This document shows, one piece after another, positions 24,947 through 33,694 of a DNA stretch of 64,000 nucleotides. The notes under the pieces were generated by a model, which was given only the letters and a program-made list of their open reading frames with translations, did not search any database and was not told where the DNA came from. Source of the stretch: an uncultured Gammaproteobacteria bacterium (GTDB lineage: Bacteria > Pseudomonadota > Gammaproteobacteria > Steroidobacterales > JBCCMA01); assembly GCA_964639265.1 (NCBI GenBank), contig CAZXCL010000003.1:733-64732 (forward strand), written 5' to 3'. Each line of letters starts with the position of its first letter. Position 1 is the first letter of the stretch. The position numbers were made by a program, and so were the translations under genes.

Positions 24947-26365
24947 ATGACTCGCGGTATTCATTCATTGGGCAGCTACCTGCCACGCCTACGTCTGGCG
25001 CGCGAAACGATCGCGGCGCAAACGGGCTGGCTGGAGCCGGCCATGGCCAAACGCGCCGGCGGTCATCGCACGGTGGCCAATTGGGACGAGGATGCGCTGA
25101 CCATGGCCACGGCGGCGGCGCGTCGCGCGCTGCCGGCCGACGCCTCGGTCGATGCGTTGACGTTTGCCAGCACTACGGCGCCGTTTCTGGATCGCTCGAA
25201 TGCCGGATTGATGGGTGATGCGCTGGGTCTGCCAGCGGACGTCGAACGCAATGACGCCAGTGGCAGTCAGCGCGCAGCAACCGGCGCACTGCGACGTGCA
25301 CTGGACACCGCGGGCGGCACCGAACTGATTGCGGCCGGCGATCGACGTGTAGCGCGCGTCGCGAGCGAGGCCGAGCTGCGTTTTGGTGATGGGGCGGCGG
25401 CCGTGTTGGTCGGTCCTGGCGCTGGTCTGGCCGAGTATCTGGGCGGCGCCAGTGTTCATCAGGATGTGGTGCATCAATATCGAACGGCGGAGCGCGACAC
25501 CGACTACGTGCTCGAAGATCGATGGGTGCGCGACGTGGCAATTGCCGATGTCGTGGCACCAACGATGCGCAAGGCCGCCGAGGCCTGTGCGGTTGCGTTG
25601 AGCGACATTCGGCATCTGATATTGCCGATACCGTTGCGACATGCCAGACAGGTTTGTCGTGAACTCAAACTCGATCCCGCCGTGCTGGTGAATGACCTCG
25701 CGGCAGACATCGGCGAGACCGGCGTGGGGCACGCACTGCTGCAGCTAAATTTCGCGTTGGCCACCGCGCAGCCGGGAGACGTGGTTGCCCTGGCGGGAGT
25801 GGGGCAGGGCTGCGATGCGATTTTTCTGCGCGTGACCGATGCCATCGACAGTGCCCGGCCGACGCCTGCGCTTGGCGAACAGATCAACAGTGGCGTCGAG
25901 CTTGACGCCTATCTGAAGCTGCCCGCATTTTCCGATCAGCTCGTTCTGGATCGTGGTCTGCGCGCCGAGGCGGACAAGCGCACGGCGCTGTCGGTGCACG
26001 CGCGGCGTCGCGCCGAGATCAATTCGATGATGGGCAGTCAGTGCACAAGGTGCGAGACGCCGCATTTCCCGCGTGCGCTGATATGCGTGTCCTGCGGCAG
26101 CGATCAGATGCGCGACTACGGCTTTGCGCAGCGTCGTGCGCACCTCAAGACGTTTACCGAAGACTGGCAGGCCTACACGCCCGCGCCGCCTCTGTGCTAC
26201 GGCAACGTGGCGTTCGAAGGTGGTGGCAACGCGTTTTTGACGATCACCGACGTGTCGCCGGGCCAGCTCAAGGTAGGTACCGAGCTTACGATGGCGTTTC
26301 GCCTCAAGGACATTGATAAGCGTCGCGGGTTTCGACGCTATTTTTTCAAGGGCGTGCCGGTGTGA
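24947..26365 (+). CDS. HMG-CoA-synthase/KAS-III-like domain fused to a DUF35 zinc-ribbon/OB-fold domain
   Basis: The N-terminus IHSLGSYLPRLRL...NWDEDALTMATAAARRAL is HMGCS-like. The expected nucleophile position reads GSQRAATGAL (Gln codon 25268-25270) rather than Cys. The C-terminus CTRCETPHFPRALICVSCGS plus an OB fold (about 26039-26365) is DUF35-like. Confidence 0.65.
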   Translation: MTRGIHSLGSYLPRLRLARETIAAQTGWLEPAMAKRAGGHRTVANWDEDALTMATAAARRALPADASVDALTFASTTAPFLDRSNAGLMGDALGLPADVERNDASGSQRAATGALRRALDTAGGTELIAAGDRRVARVASEAELRFGDGAAAVLVGPGAGLAEYLGGASVHQDVVHQYRTAERDTDYVLEDRWVRDVAIADVVAPTMRKAAEACAVALSDIRHLILPIPLRHARQVCRELKLDPAVLVNDLAADIGETGVGHALLQLNFALATAQPGDVVALAGVGQGCDAIFLRVTDAIDSARPTPALGEQINSGVELDAYLKLPAFSDQLVLDRGLRAEADKRTALSVHARRRAEINSMMGSQCTRCETPHFPRALICVSCGSDQMRDYGFAQRRAHLKTFTEDWQAYTPAPPLCYGNVAFEGGGNAFLTITDVSPGQLKVGTELTMAFRLKDIDKRRGFRRYFFKGVPV

Positions 26366-27570
26366 GCCGAGGCATTCGCGACAAGGTCGTGATCATCGGT
26401 ATGGGCTGCACGCGATTCGGCGAACGTTGGGATTGCGGCTATGACGATCTGATCGTTGAGGCAACCGGCGAGGCGTTTGCTGACGCCGGCATCGAGCGCG
26501 CTGATATTGACGCCGCCTGGATGGGCGTATTTTTCGATGAACAGTCGCTTGGCAAATCGGCACTGCCGCTGTCGATGACGCTACGCTTGTCGCACATCCC
26601 GGTAACCCGTGTTGAAAACCTCTGTGCGACCGGCACCGAAGCGCTGCGCGGTGCCGCGTATGCCGTGGCGGCGGGTGCCGCGGATATTGCGCTGGCCGTC
26701 GGCGTGGAAAAACTCAAGGACACCGGCTACGCCGGATTGCCCGAGCGCACTTATGGCTCGTTTGAAGATCAGGTCATGCCCGCGTTTACGGCGCCGGGTG
26801 CGTTTGCTCAACTTGCCGCTGCCTACGCGCACAAACACAAGGTGTCGGCCGAGGACTTCAAACAGGCAATCGGGCGCGTTTCATGGAAGAGTCATCAGAA
26901 CGGGAGCAAGAATGACCGTGCGCACTTGCGCAGCACACCGACGATGGAACAGATCGTTGACGCGCCCATGGTGGCCTCTCCGCTTGGTATTTACGATTGC
27001 TGTGGCGTCAGCGACGGTGCCGCGTGTGCAATTGTGACCACGCCGGAGATCGCGCGCGAACGAGGCCTGCTCGGCCCTGAAAATGCATTGGTGTCGATCA
27101 AGTCTTTGCAGCTGGCGGCGAGCGACGGCACCGAGATGTCCCATGCCTCATGGGATGGCACTCACACATTGACAACCGGCGCTGCGGCGGCGCGCGCCTA
27201 CGACGAGGCGCAGATCAAAGAGCCGCTCAAAGAGCTCGACCTGACCGAAGTGCACGACTGTTTTTCAGTTACCGAGCTGGTGCTGATGGAAGACCTGATG
27301 CTGTCCGAGCGGGGCAACGCCTGGCGCGACGTGCTGGACGGTCGATTCGACATTGATGGCGCGTTGCCCTGTCAGGTGGACGGCGGCCTGAAGTGTTTTG
27401 GTCATCCGATTGGCGCATCGGGCCTTCGCATGGTGTACGAGATCTACACGCAGCTGCTGGGTCGTGCCGGTGATCGGCAGTTGTCCTCGCCATCTCTGGG
27501 ATTGACGCAGAACCTTGGCGGTATCCCGAATCGCAACGTTGCCGCGATCGGCATCTTCGGTCTGCTTTAA
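26362..27570 (+). CDS. SCP-x/nonspecific lipid-transfer-type thiolase
   Basis: GTG start overlaps the upstream stop (GTGTGA). VVIIGMGCTRFGE, active-site Cys context VENLCATGTEALR (Cys 26623-26625), and C-terminal GHPIGASGLRM. Confidence 0.85.
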   Translation: MSRGIRDKVVIIGMGCTRFGERWDCGYDDLIVEATGEAFADAGIERADIDAAWMGVFFDEQSLGKSALPLSMTLRLSHIPVTRVENLCATGTEALRGAAYAVAAGAADIALAVGVEKLKDTGYAGLPERTYGSFEDQVMPAFTAPGAFAQLAAAYAHKHKVSAEDFKQAIGRVSWKSHQNGSKNDRAHLRSTPTMEQIVDAPMVASPLGIYDCCGVSDGAACAIVTTPEIARERGLLGPENALVSIKSLQLAASDGTEMSHASWDGTHTLTTGAAAARAYDEAQIKEPLKELDLTEVHDCFSVTELVLMEDLMLSERGNAWRDVLDGRFDIDGALPCQVDGGLKCFGHPIGASGLRMVYEIYTQLLGRAGDRQLSSPSLGLTQNLGGIPNRNVAAIGIFGLL

Positions 27571-27663
27571 GTTCGGTCGCGACCGCGATACACCACTCGA
27601 CGACTTCAATGTAGACTGCAAATCCAGCGATTTACTTCGGTAATAGAATAAAACGAATCTAAT

Positions 27664-28653
27664 ATGCCTCACGTTCAGTCTATTGGTGCGCTGATCGCGC
27701 TTGTTTTTGGTCTCGCTTTCACTCCGCTTGCCTACGGCGACAATCATCCGGCCAGGACGGCTGAGGATGTTGAAGTGATCCGCAGTGGCGGCATCAACAT
27801 GTGGCGTTATCGCGATGAAAACGGCGATATGGTTGTGGTTGATCGCCCGCCGCCGCAGTTTTTCAACACCCGCGAAGATGAGCAGGTCGCCGAAGAGGCG
27901 GCCGAGGAAATCCTTGAAACACCTGCGGCGCCGGAAATGGTCGCGCCGCCGCCGGTACCTGTGCCTGCGCAGGCTTCTCTTGTACTGCGCGCATTGTGGC
28001 TTTTGACGGCACTGTTGCTTCTGGGTGCGGTCGCCGTTTGGCTTATGCCCCTGTGGCGCCGGTGGCGCGGCGAGACGCCTGTGGATCGGGCCTGTCGTTT
28101 GGCGGACTGGCCCGTGTTTCGCGATTTGAAGATTCCCGGTGTGGGTGGCCGCTACGTGATTGCCGAACGTGTGGTACGCACGCCTGCAGGTCTCGTCGTG
28201 GTTGCGCTGAGCAAACTACGTGGCGAGTTGCGCGGCAAAGCCAGCGCGGATCAATGGGTGTGCGGGACGACGCCCGTCGCGAATCCTCTGAAGCCGGTGG
28301 ATCAGGCCGTGGAATTTTTGCAGGCCATCGTGCCCGAGGTGCCGGTTATGGGCCGGGTCGTGGATCAGGGCAGTCCCAGCTTTGCTGCGGGCAAGCCCGA
28401 TGCGCTGATCCGGATCAAGGAACTGGAGGCCGCATTGCAGGCGTTTGAGATGCCGGGCCCGTCAACGCGTACGCTTGACGGCTCGTGGCGTTCGTTGATG
28501 AAACTGCCGCGCAGCAATCAGGCATCCGTTCGGCCAATGGGCGCAGGTCCGGTGGGTTGGGTTCGCCGTCATCCGCATCAGGCCTTGTCTGCTGCACTTG
28601 GTTCGCTGGCTCTGGTGATGGCGATCACACTTGTGATCGTGCAGTTGCTGTAG
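27664..28653 (+). CDS. Membrane protein: signal peptide, DUF4124-like motif, TM helix, NERD-like domain, C-terminal TM helix
   Basis: MWRYRDENGDMVVVDRPP is DUF4124-like. The TM helix is LRALWLLTALLLLGAVAVWLMPLW. The NERD-like core is VFRDLKIPGVGGRYVIAERVVRTPAGLVVVALSKLRGELRGKASADQW...NPLKPV. The terminal helix is ALGSLALVMAITLVIVQLL. Confidence 0.5.
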   Translation: MPHVQSIGALIALVFGLAFTPLAYGDNHPARTAEDVEVIRSGGINMWRYRDENGDMVVVDRPPPQFFNTREDEQVAEEAAEEILETPAAPEMVAPPPVPVPAQASLVLRALWLLTALLLLGAVAVWLMPLWRRWRGETPVDRACRLADWPVFRDLKIPGVGGRYVIAERVVRTPAGLVVVALSKLRGELRGKASADQWVCGTTPVANPLKPVDQAVEFLQAIVPEVPVMGRVVDQGSPSFAAGKPDALIRIKELEAALQAFEMPGPSTRTLDGSWRSLMKLPRSNQASVRPMGAGPVGWVRRHPHQALSAALGSLALVMAITLVIVQLL

Positions 28654-28681
28654 CGTCGGCATCACTTAGCGGGGAGTTTCC

Positions 28682-29182
28682 ATGGGATTGAAGCTGTTTG
28701 TACGACTGATGCTGCTGGTGTTAGTGCTGGCCATGGCCGGGCCGTTTTTTATCAAGGGGCCGGACGGTGAGCCCATGCTCACGATGAGCGATGTGAAGCG
28801 CACGGCGGCTCGCACCGGCGATAGTTTGAAAACCCAGTGGCGGCGCCTCAAAGGCGATGTGGGTCGCGCGGCGGGCAATGAAAACGCCGGCAAGGTGAAG
28901 ATGTATCGCTGGCAGGATGCACAGGGTCAATGGCATTTCAGCAATGAAGTGCCCGAGGGAGCGGTCGTTGAAGAAATCTATGTGGATCCGGATGCAAGCC
29001 GCATGGACCCTGTGCCCGTCCGGCGGCGGTCCTCGGGTTCGCAAGGCTCCGAGCCCGTGGTTGCCCCCGGATTTGTGTCACCGCTGCGTGCGAAAGAGGT
29101 GATCGATGAGGCGACCGGCGTACGCGATGAGATGGAAGCTCGCAACGAGCAAATGAAGAAGCGGCTTGACGAGATCAGATAA
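28682..29182 (+). CDS. DUF4124-domain protein (N-terminal anchor)
   Basis: N-terminal helix LFVRLMLLVLVLAMAGPFFI and the motif MYRWQDAQGQWHFSNEVPEG. Confidence 0.55.
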   Translation: MGLKLFVRLMLLVLVLAMAGPFFIKGPDGEPMLTMSDVKRTAARTGDSLKTQWRRLKGDVGRAAGNENAGKVKMYRWQDAQGQWHFSNEVPEGAVVEEIYVDPDASRMDPVPVRRRSSGSQGSEPVVAPGFVSPLRAKEVIDEATGVRDEMEARNEQMKKRLDEIR

Positions 29183-29207
29183 GCGCGGCGAAGCGCTTAT
29201 TATTTAT
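29180..29207 (+). terminator. Rho-independent terminator candidate
   Basis: A 7-bp stem TAAGCGC/GCGCTTA with loop GGCGAA, followed by TTATTTAT. The stem starts at the stop codon. Confidence 0.4.
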
Positions 29208-29399
29208 CTGTTATTCCGCGTTGTCCCGGCGCCTCGTCGGTAGTGCAGTCTTGCGTCTCTCTGGAAACGTTCTTTTAAGTCGGCGTGCAAGCAAAATAAT
29301 CTCAAAATAACGCGGACGGCATTCCCTCGTAGTGCTGCGATAGACAACAGTGAAGCTCCTGTCCGACGTGAGTCGGTGTCATTCAAAGAGAGCTGAAAA

Positions 29400-32303
29400 A
29401 TGAAGCACTGTAACGAGTCTTCTATCCATTCATTCAAGTATTGTCGTCGTGCGTTCGTCGCCTGCGTGCTGATGGGCGCTGCGCGTTTATCCTGCGCGCA
29501 GCCGGACATCGCAGATCGTGACTATGAGCTTGCCGTACTTGATTCCGGCGCGCCTGGCGAGGTGACGTTTGCCTTGCCGCGCCGAGCTATCGCTGCGCAA
29601 GACCTGCTGCTGGTGTACAACGCCAGTCAGCCGGAGTCGGTCGCGATCAAGGACTGTTATCTCTCGCGACGCAACGTTCCCACGGCAAACGTCGTGGCAG
29701 TCAATGCACCGAGCAATGCGGAAATTTCGCAGCAGCAGGCGGATCTGATTCGCGATGCGCTGGACACCGCGCTTGTGGGGCGCGACGACATTCAGGCAAT
29801 TGCCATTGCCTGGCGAACGCCATGGCGTGTGGATGTGCCGTCGTTTGGATCGATCCAGAAACGTTCCATCACAACCTATCTGGGTCGTCTGACTGAGACG
29901 GACAACCTTTTGTACGACAGTGCGACGACGCGGCCATGGTCCGACCACGGCATCCGTCCGGTGATGGCTATAACGCCACAAATTGATGCCTCGCTGCCAG
30001 CACCGGGTGTGGTGTGCGACGAATCGGGCGTGATCGCTCGTGGTGTTCAGGCCGACGGCACTTTGCCCGATGGCAACGGCTATTTGCTCAGAACCTCAGA
30101 TGTGTTGCGCAGTATTCGCTATCAGGATTTCATCGATACGGTGGATCAATTTGATGACGCACTCGTGCAGCTTGACTATCGCGATCTTCAAAGTGGTCCG
30201 AACGACGTGGTCATCAACAGCACGAACATTACGACGTTTGAACAACTCGAGGCTACCGGCGACTTTATCAGCGGCGAAACCGATGTGATGTTCCACTTCA
30301 CTGGCCTTGCGACCGTACCAGGGATCGCATCGAACAGTTTTCTGCCGGGCTCATTTGCAGACCATCTGACGTCGGGTGCCGGAGCGATTACGTTTCGCGG
30401 CGGTGAGTTTTTCGGTTGTTCCCCTGAGCCTTGCGATCCGCCGCTGTATTCGAGTACCCAAATGTCCGCATTGAACTGGCTCGAGAACGGCGCGACCGCA
30501 AGCTTTGGCAACGTAGCGGAGCCGTTTGCCACAACAACGCGTTTTCCCAACTCGCGCCCTCTGATCGAAAGCTACCTGTACGGCAGCACGCTACTGGAGG
30601 CAGTGGCCAAGTCGGTGTTTGATCCTATCGTTGGCCTTGCGATCGGCGAGCCGTTGGCGAGGGCCTTTTCGTGGCGCGATGCCACGGTTGGAAACCAGCC
30701 CGCGCTCGAAACTGCGGCCTTGCGTCCGGGCAAGGTGTACTCGGTTTGGTCGGGAGATGATGCGTCGAGCACACTGACGCGCTCGCGCTCGAACCTGATT
30801 GTCGACGGGCCGACCGTTACCACCGTTCGGGGGACGGCTGGTTCCGGATATGTGCTTCTGCACGAGGAGCCGGACCCGTTCTTTGGCGCGGAGTTTGCGC
30901 GCGAGGCGTTTCTGACATGCAGTCTGCAAGCGCCAGGCGGAGCAGTCTGGTGCGATAGTGAAAATCGATTGTGGTATCGCGCTGACGGTGAAGAACGTCA
31001 GCTGATCGCCCAAAGTGTCGCGACGCGCAACGTAGACATCGAAGGCAATACGCTATTCTGGCTTGGAACAACAGCGACTGCGGGGTCCTACGAGCTCTAC
31101 AGCTTGGAACTCGGCAACTCGGCGCCGGTCCTTCTCAGCGAGGTTGCCGCCGACGTACCCGTCAATCTCGTCGCCTCTGATGCGCTCATTGTCTGGTCCA
31201 ATACCATCAGCCTGTCCTTCCCGGAAATCATGGTCTTTGATCGGATGACGGATCAGGTGTTCGTCCAACCAACGGGTGACGTTCTGCCCTGGCTTGGCAA
31301 TCAGGTCGCCGCGGTCGGTGATTCCATTGCATTTGTTGGTCAGGATGCGGTGTCAGGCGAAACCGGCATCTTCAAGACACAGGCAGGTCAGATACCGACG
31401 CTTTTCGAAGCCGCGCCGACATCGACTACGGATCTGCACATGAATCCCGATTGGATGGTCTGGCGTGTGGGTGGCGATGTGTTCGTCAATGATCACGTCG
31501 GGTCCGCCGTAACCGAGCAGATACCCAACCCGTGGGCGCTTGACGGTGATGCCGCGTGGCTCGATCTCAATGGCGGTGTACTCAGCGTAGTGCAGAACTC
31601 AGGCACAGGACCCAGACTGTGGCTTCAGGAGCTGGCGACAGAGGCGACACTGCTGCTGCCCCAGTCGCATGCATTGCGACTGAAAGGCTTGCAAAAGAAC
31701 GCCGCCACCGGGTCGCTTCAGGCAAAATATGACCTGACAGACTATCGTCCCGACGGCGCTGATCTGGAAGCGATCGAGTTCAGTCCGTTTGAGGTGGCCC
31801 TGGCCTACGATGTTTCGGCTGCTACCGCGCTGCACCCATCGGTGAGCGACTTTAGCGTAACAAGCGGTGAGTCACGTGCGCTCTACGTGCGGCCAACGGA
31901 TGCGTTTTTGCGCCTTGGGCGGTATGAATATGACGTGCTTCCAAGCGACGGCGCCGACCCGGCTACGAGCGGGTTGTCCGTCTCGGTCCGGCCCATTGGC
32001 GATGTCAATGGTGATGGCGCCGTCAACTTCCTGGACTACAGCGCCTGGACCGACGCGTTCCTGTCAGTTCGTGGTGACGCTAACTATAATGTTGCTGCTG
32101 ATTTCGACAACAGCGGCAGCGTCAACTTTCTGGATGTCAGGCCGATCATCGATCACTTTCTGGATCCCGATGCTGCTCACGTCGCCTTGGTCAAATGGGA
32201 TTCCGACGGGTTCAAACCGGGCCAGAGCTTGGCGGTTGAAGTCAGAATGACGGCGAATCAAGGCGCACAGCTCAAGAAGGCGATTGCTCTAAGCGCTGAG
32301 TAG
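29400..32303 (+). CDS. Large secreted protein (967 aa) with a C-terminal dockerin-like repeat pair
   Basis: Signal-like region RRAFVACVLMGAARLSCA. The N-terminal stretch LLLVYNASQPESVAIKDCYLSRRNVPTANVV recalls the TIGR03790-type conserved hypothetical family (from memory, unverified). Near the C-terminus is GDVNGDGAVNFLDYSAW...DFDNSGSVNFLDVRPII. Confidence 0.6.
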   Translation: MKHCNESSIHSFKYCRRAFVACVLMGAARLSCAQPDIADRDYELAVLDSGAPGEVTFALPRRAIAAQDLLLVYNASQPESVAIKDCYLSRRNVPTANVVAVNAPSNAEISQQQADLIRDALDTALVGRDDIQAIAIAWRTPWRVDVPSFGSIQKRSITTYLGRLTETDNLLYDSATTRPWSDHGIRPVMAITPQIDASLPAPGVVCDESGVIARGVQADGTLPDGNGYLLRTSDVLRSIRYQDFIDTVDQFDDALVQLDYRDLQSGPNDVVINSTNITTFEQLEATGDFISGETDVMFHFTGLATVPGIASNSFLPGSFADHLTSGAGAITFRGGEFFGCSPEPCDPPLYSSTQMSALNWLENGATASFGNVAEPFATTTRFPNSRPLIESYLYGSTLLEAVAKSVFDPIVGLAIGEPLARAFSWRDATVGNQPALETAALRPGKVYSVWSGDDASSTLTRSRSNLIVDGPTVTTVRGTAGSGYVLLHEEPDPFFGAEFAREAFLTCSLQAPGGAVWCDSENRLWYRADGEERQLIAQSVATRNVDIEGNTLFWLGTTATAGSYELYSLELGNSAPVLLSEVAADVPVNLVASDALIVWSNTISLSFPEIMVFDRMTDQVFVQPTGDVLPWLGNQVAAVGDSIAFVGQDAVSGETGIFKTQAGQIPTLFEAAPTSTTDLHMNPDWMVWRVGGDVFVNDHVGSAVTEQIPNPWALDGDAAWLDLNGGVLSVVQNSGTGPRLWLQELATEATLLLPQSHALRLKGLQKNAATGSLQAKYDLTDYRPDGADLEAIEFSPFEVALAYDVSAATALHPSVSDFSVTSGESRALYVRPTDAFLRLGRYEYDVLPSDGADPATSGLSVSVRPIGDVNGDGAVNFLDYSAWTDAFLSVRGDANYNVAADFDNSGSVNFLDVRPIIDHFLDPDAAHVALVKWDSDGFKPGQSLAVEVRMTANQGAQLKKAIALSAE

Positions 32304-32321
32304 GTCTCAGGTCAGACGCAG

Positions 32322-32361
32322 AAAAAGAAACGCCCGACGCAATGCGTCGGGCGTTTTTTTG
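32322..32361. terminator. Bidirectional rho-independent terminator
   Basis: A 10-bp GC stem CGCCCGACGC/GCGTCGGGCG (32331-32353) with a 3-nt loop. It is flanked by AAAAAGAAA on the left and TTTTTTT on the right, between convergent genes. Confidence 0.7.
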
Positions 32362-32387
32362 CAAACGATGCCCCCAGGCGTCGCGCG

Positions 32388-33305
32388 CTATTGAAACGGA
32401 TCGGGCACGATCACCACGGGTTGTTCCGTATCGGGGCGTGCGGGAAAAATCGATTCGCAAACAAAGCCTGAATGAGGCTCGCACACGTCTTCGTTCATGA
32501 CGGGCAGGTCTGGCGGCATCATGAAGGTAAACTGAGGTTCGCTGCCCTGTAGCTCCAGGATGTGTGGGCGGGCGTAGAAGTCCGGACGCGCAATGGTCGC
32601 GACCATGGCAGAGGTGTTGCGTCTGTCCATGAAGTCAAACGTGCTGTCGACTGTCTGTGGCGCGTACTGAGCGGCTGTACCAAAGAAAATGCCGACGCGA
32701 TCAATGCCGCTGGGGTCGTTATCGATGGGGCCAGAGAACGGCATTTGGGTAAACGCGAAACCTGCGTTCTGCGGCATGTATCCAAAGCTGATCGTGATGA
32801 TGTTATTGAAATCCGTTTCGTCTGGAAACAGACGGAACGTGCCGTCGGTGTAGATGCCCAGATCATCACCGCCCATGCCGTCCCAGTCACCGCTAACAGG
32901 AATCGTATTGCCGCCCCAGCCGGTGAAGGTTGGCAGTGAGTAGGTAGTGGTATTGTTGAAGATGAAGGTGCCGTTCACGTTCCACTGGATGGTGAACACG
33001 CCATCCTTGTAGACGGCCAGATCGTCAAAGCCATCATTGTTGTAGTCCCCAACGTTGGGCTGCCAACCTACGCCGCCCAGGCCGCTGATTGACGTCGTGC
33101 CGTCATACCAGTCCGCTTTGCCCGAAGCTTCGTTGGTTCGATAAAACAGCTCGCGCTGCGTACCGCTGCCGAGCAGATCGGCGACGAGCACACATGAATC
33201 GGGTCCGCATAAGCCATGACTGGCGGCAAAAACGGGCAGGGATACGACAGCGGCTGCGGCCGCAGCGAGGCCTCCGCCAAGGTGGATTTTATTGAGATAT
33301 TTCAT
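32388..33305 (-). CDS. Secreted FG-GAP/VCBS-like repeat protein
   Basis: Signal peptide MKYLNKIHLGGGLAAAAAAVVSLPVFA. Repeats GDYNNDGFDDLAVYKDGVF and GDWDGMGGDDLGIYTDGTF. Confidence 0.65.
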   Translation of the reverse strand: MKYLNKIHLGGGLAAAAAAVVSLPVFAASHGLCGPDSCVLVADLLGSGTQRELFYRTNEASGKADWYDGTTSISGLGGVGWQPNVGDYNNDGFDDLAVYKDGVFTIQWNVNGTFIFNNTTTYSLPTFTGWGGNTIPVSGDWDGMGGDDLGIYTDGTFRLFPDETDFNNIITISFGYMPQNAGFAFTQMPFSGPIDNDPSGIDRVGIFFGTAAQYAPQTVDSTFDFMDRRNTSAMVATIARPDFYARPHILELQGSEPQFTFMMPPDLPVMNEDVCEPHSGFVCESIFPARPDTEQPVVIVPDPFQ

Positions 33306-33694
33306 TGCAACGATGCCTTTGTAATTGACGGTTCTTGTTTGGCGCTTTTGGCGTTGAGCGCCGTAACGCTACCTTGGACAATCACCTATTGCCAAACAAC
33401 CGAAAATTGCTCCCCGCGCGTTATCTTGACGTTATTTCTGCCGACGTGGCTCAAAAACGGCGCAGATTCGGCGAATATCGGCGGGAGTGCCGTCAAAGCC
33501 GCCGCTGTGGTTATACATAATGCAGCCTGATCAACGCGAGAATGTCGTGGAAATCTGTCCGCCTCAAGCCTTACACTTGCGAGCATCGGCAGGGGAAGCC
33601 TGTAAAAAGGGTCAGGCGCACGCGCACCTGAGCGGGGTCGGTGTGGCCAGTGATTAAACCGAGTCCAGAAAGATGAGCCTCTCCACGAAATCGT

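Noticed and set aside
27574-27585. Perfect 12-bp palindrome CGGTCGCGACCG just after the thiolase gene
   Set aside because: It is a single occurrence with no T-tract and no partner site. Such GC palindromes are expected by chance in GC-rich DNA.
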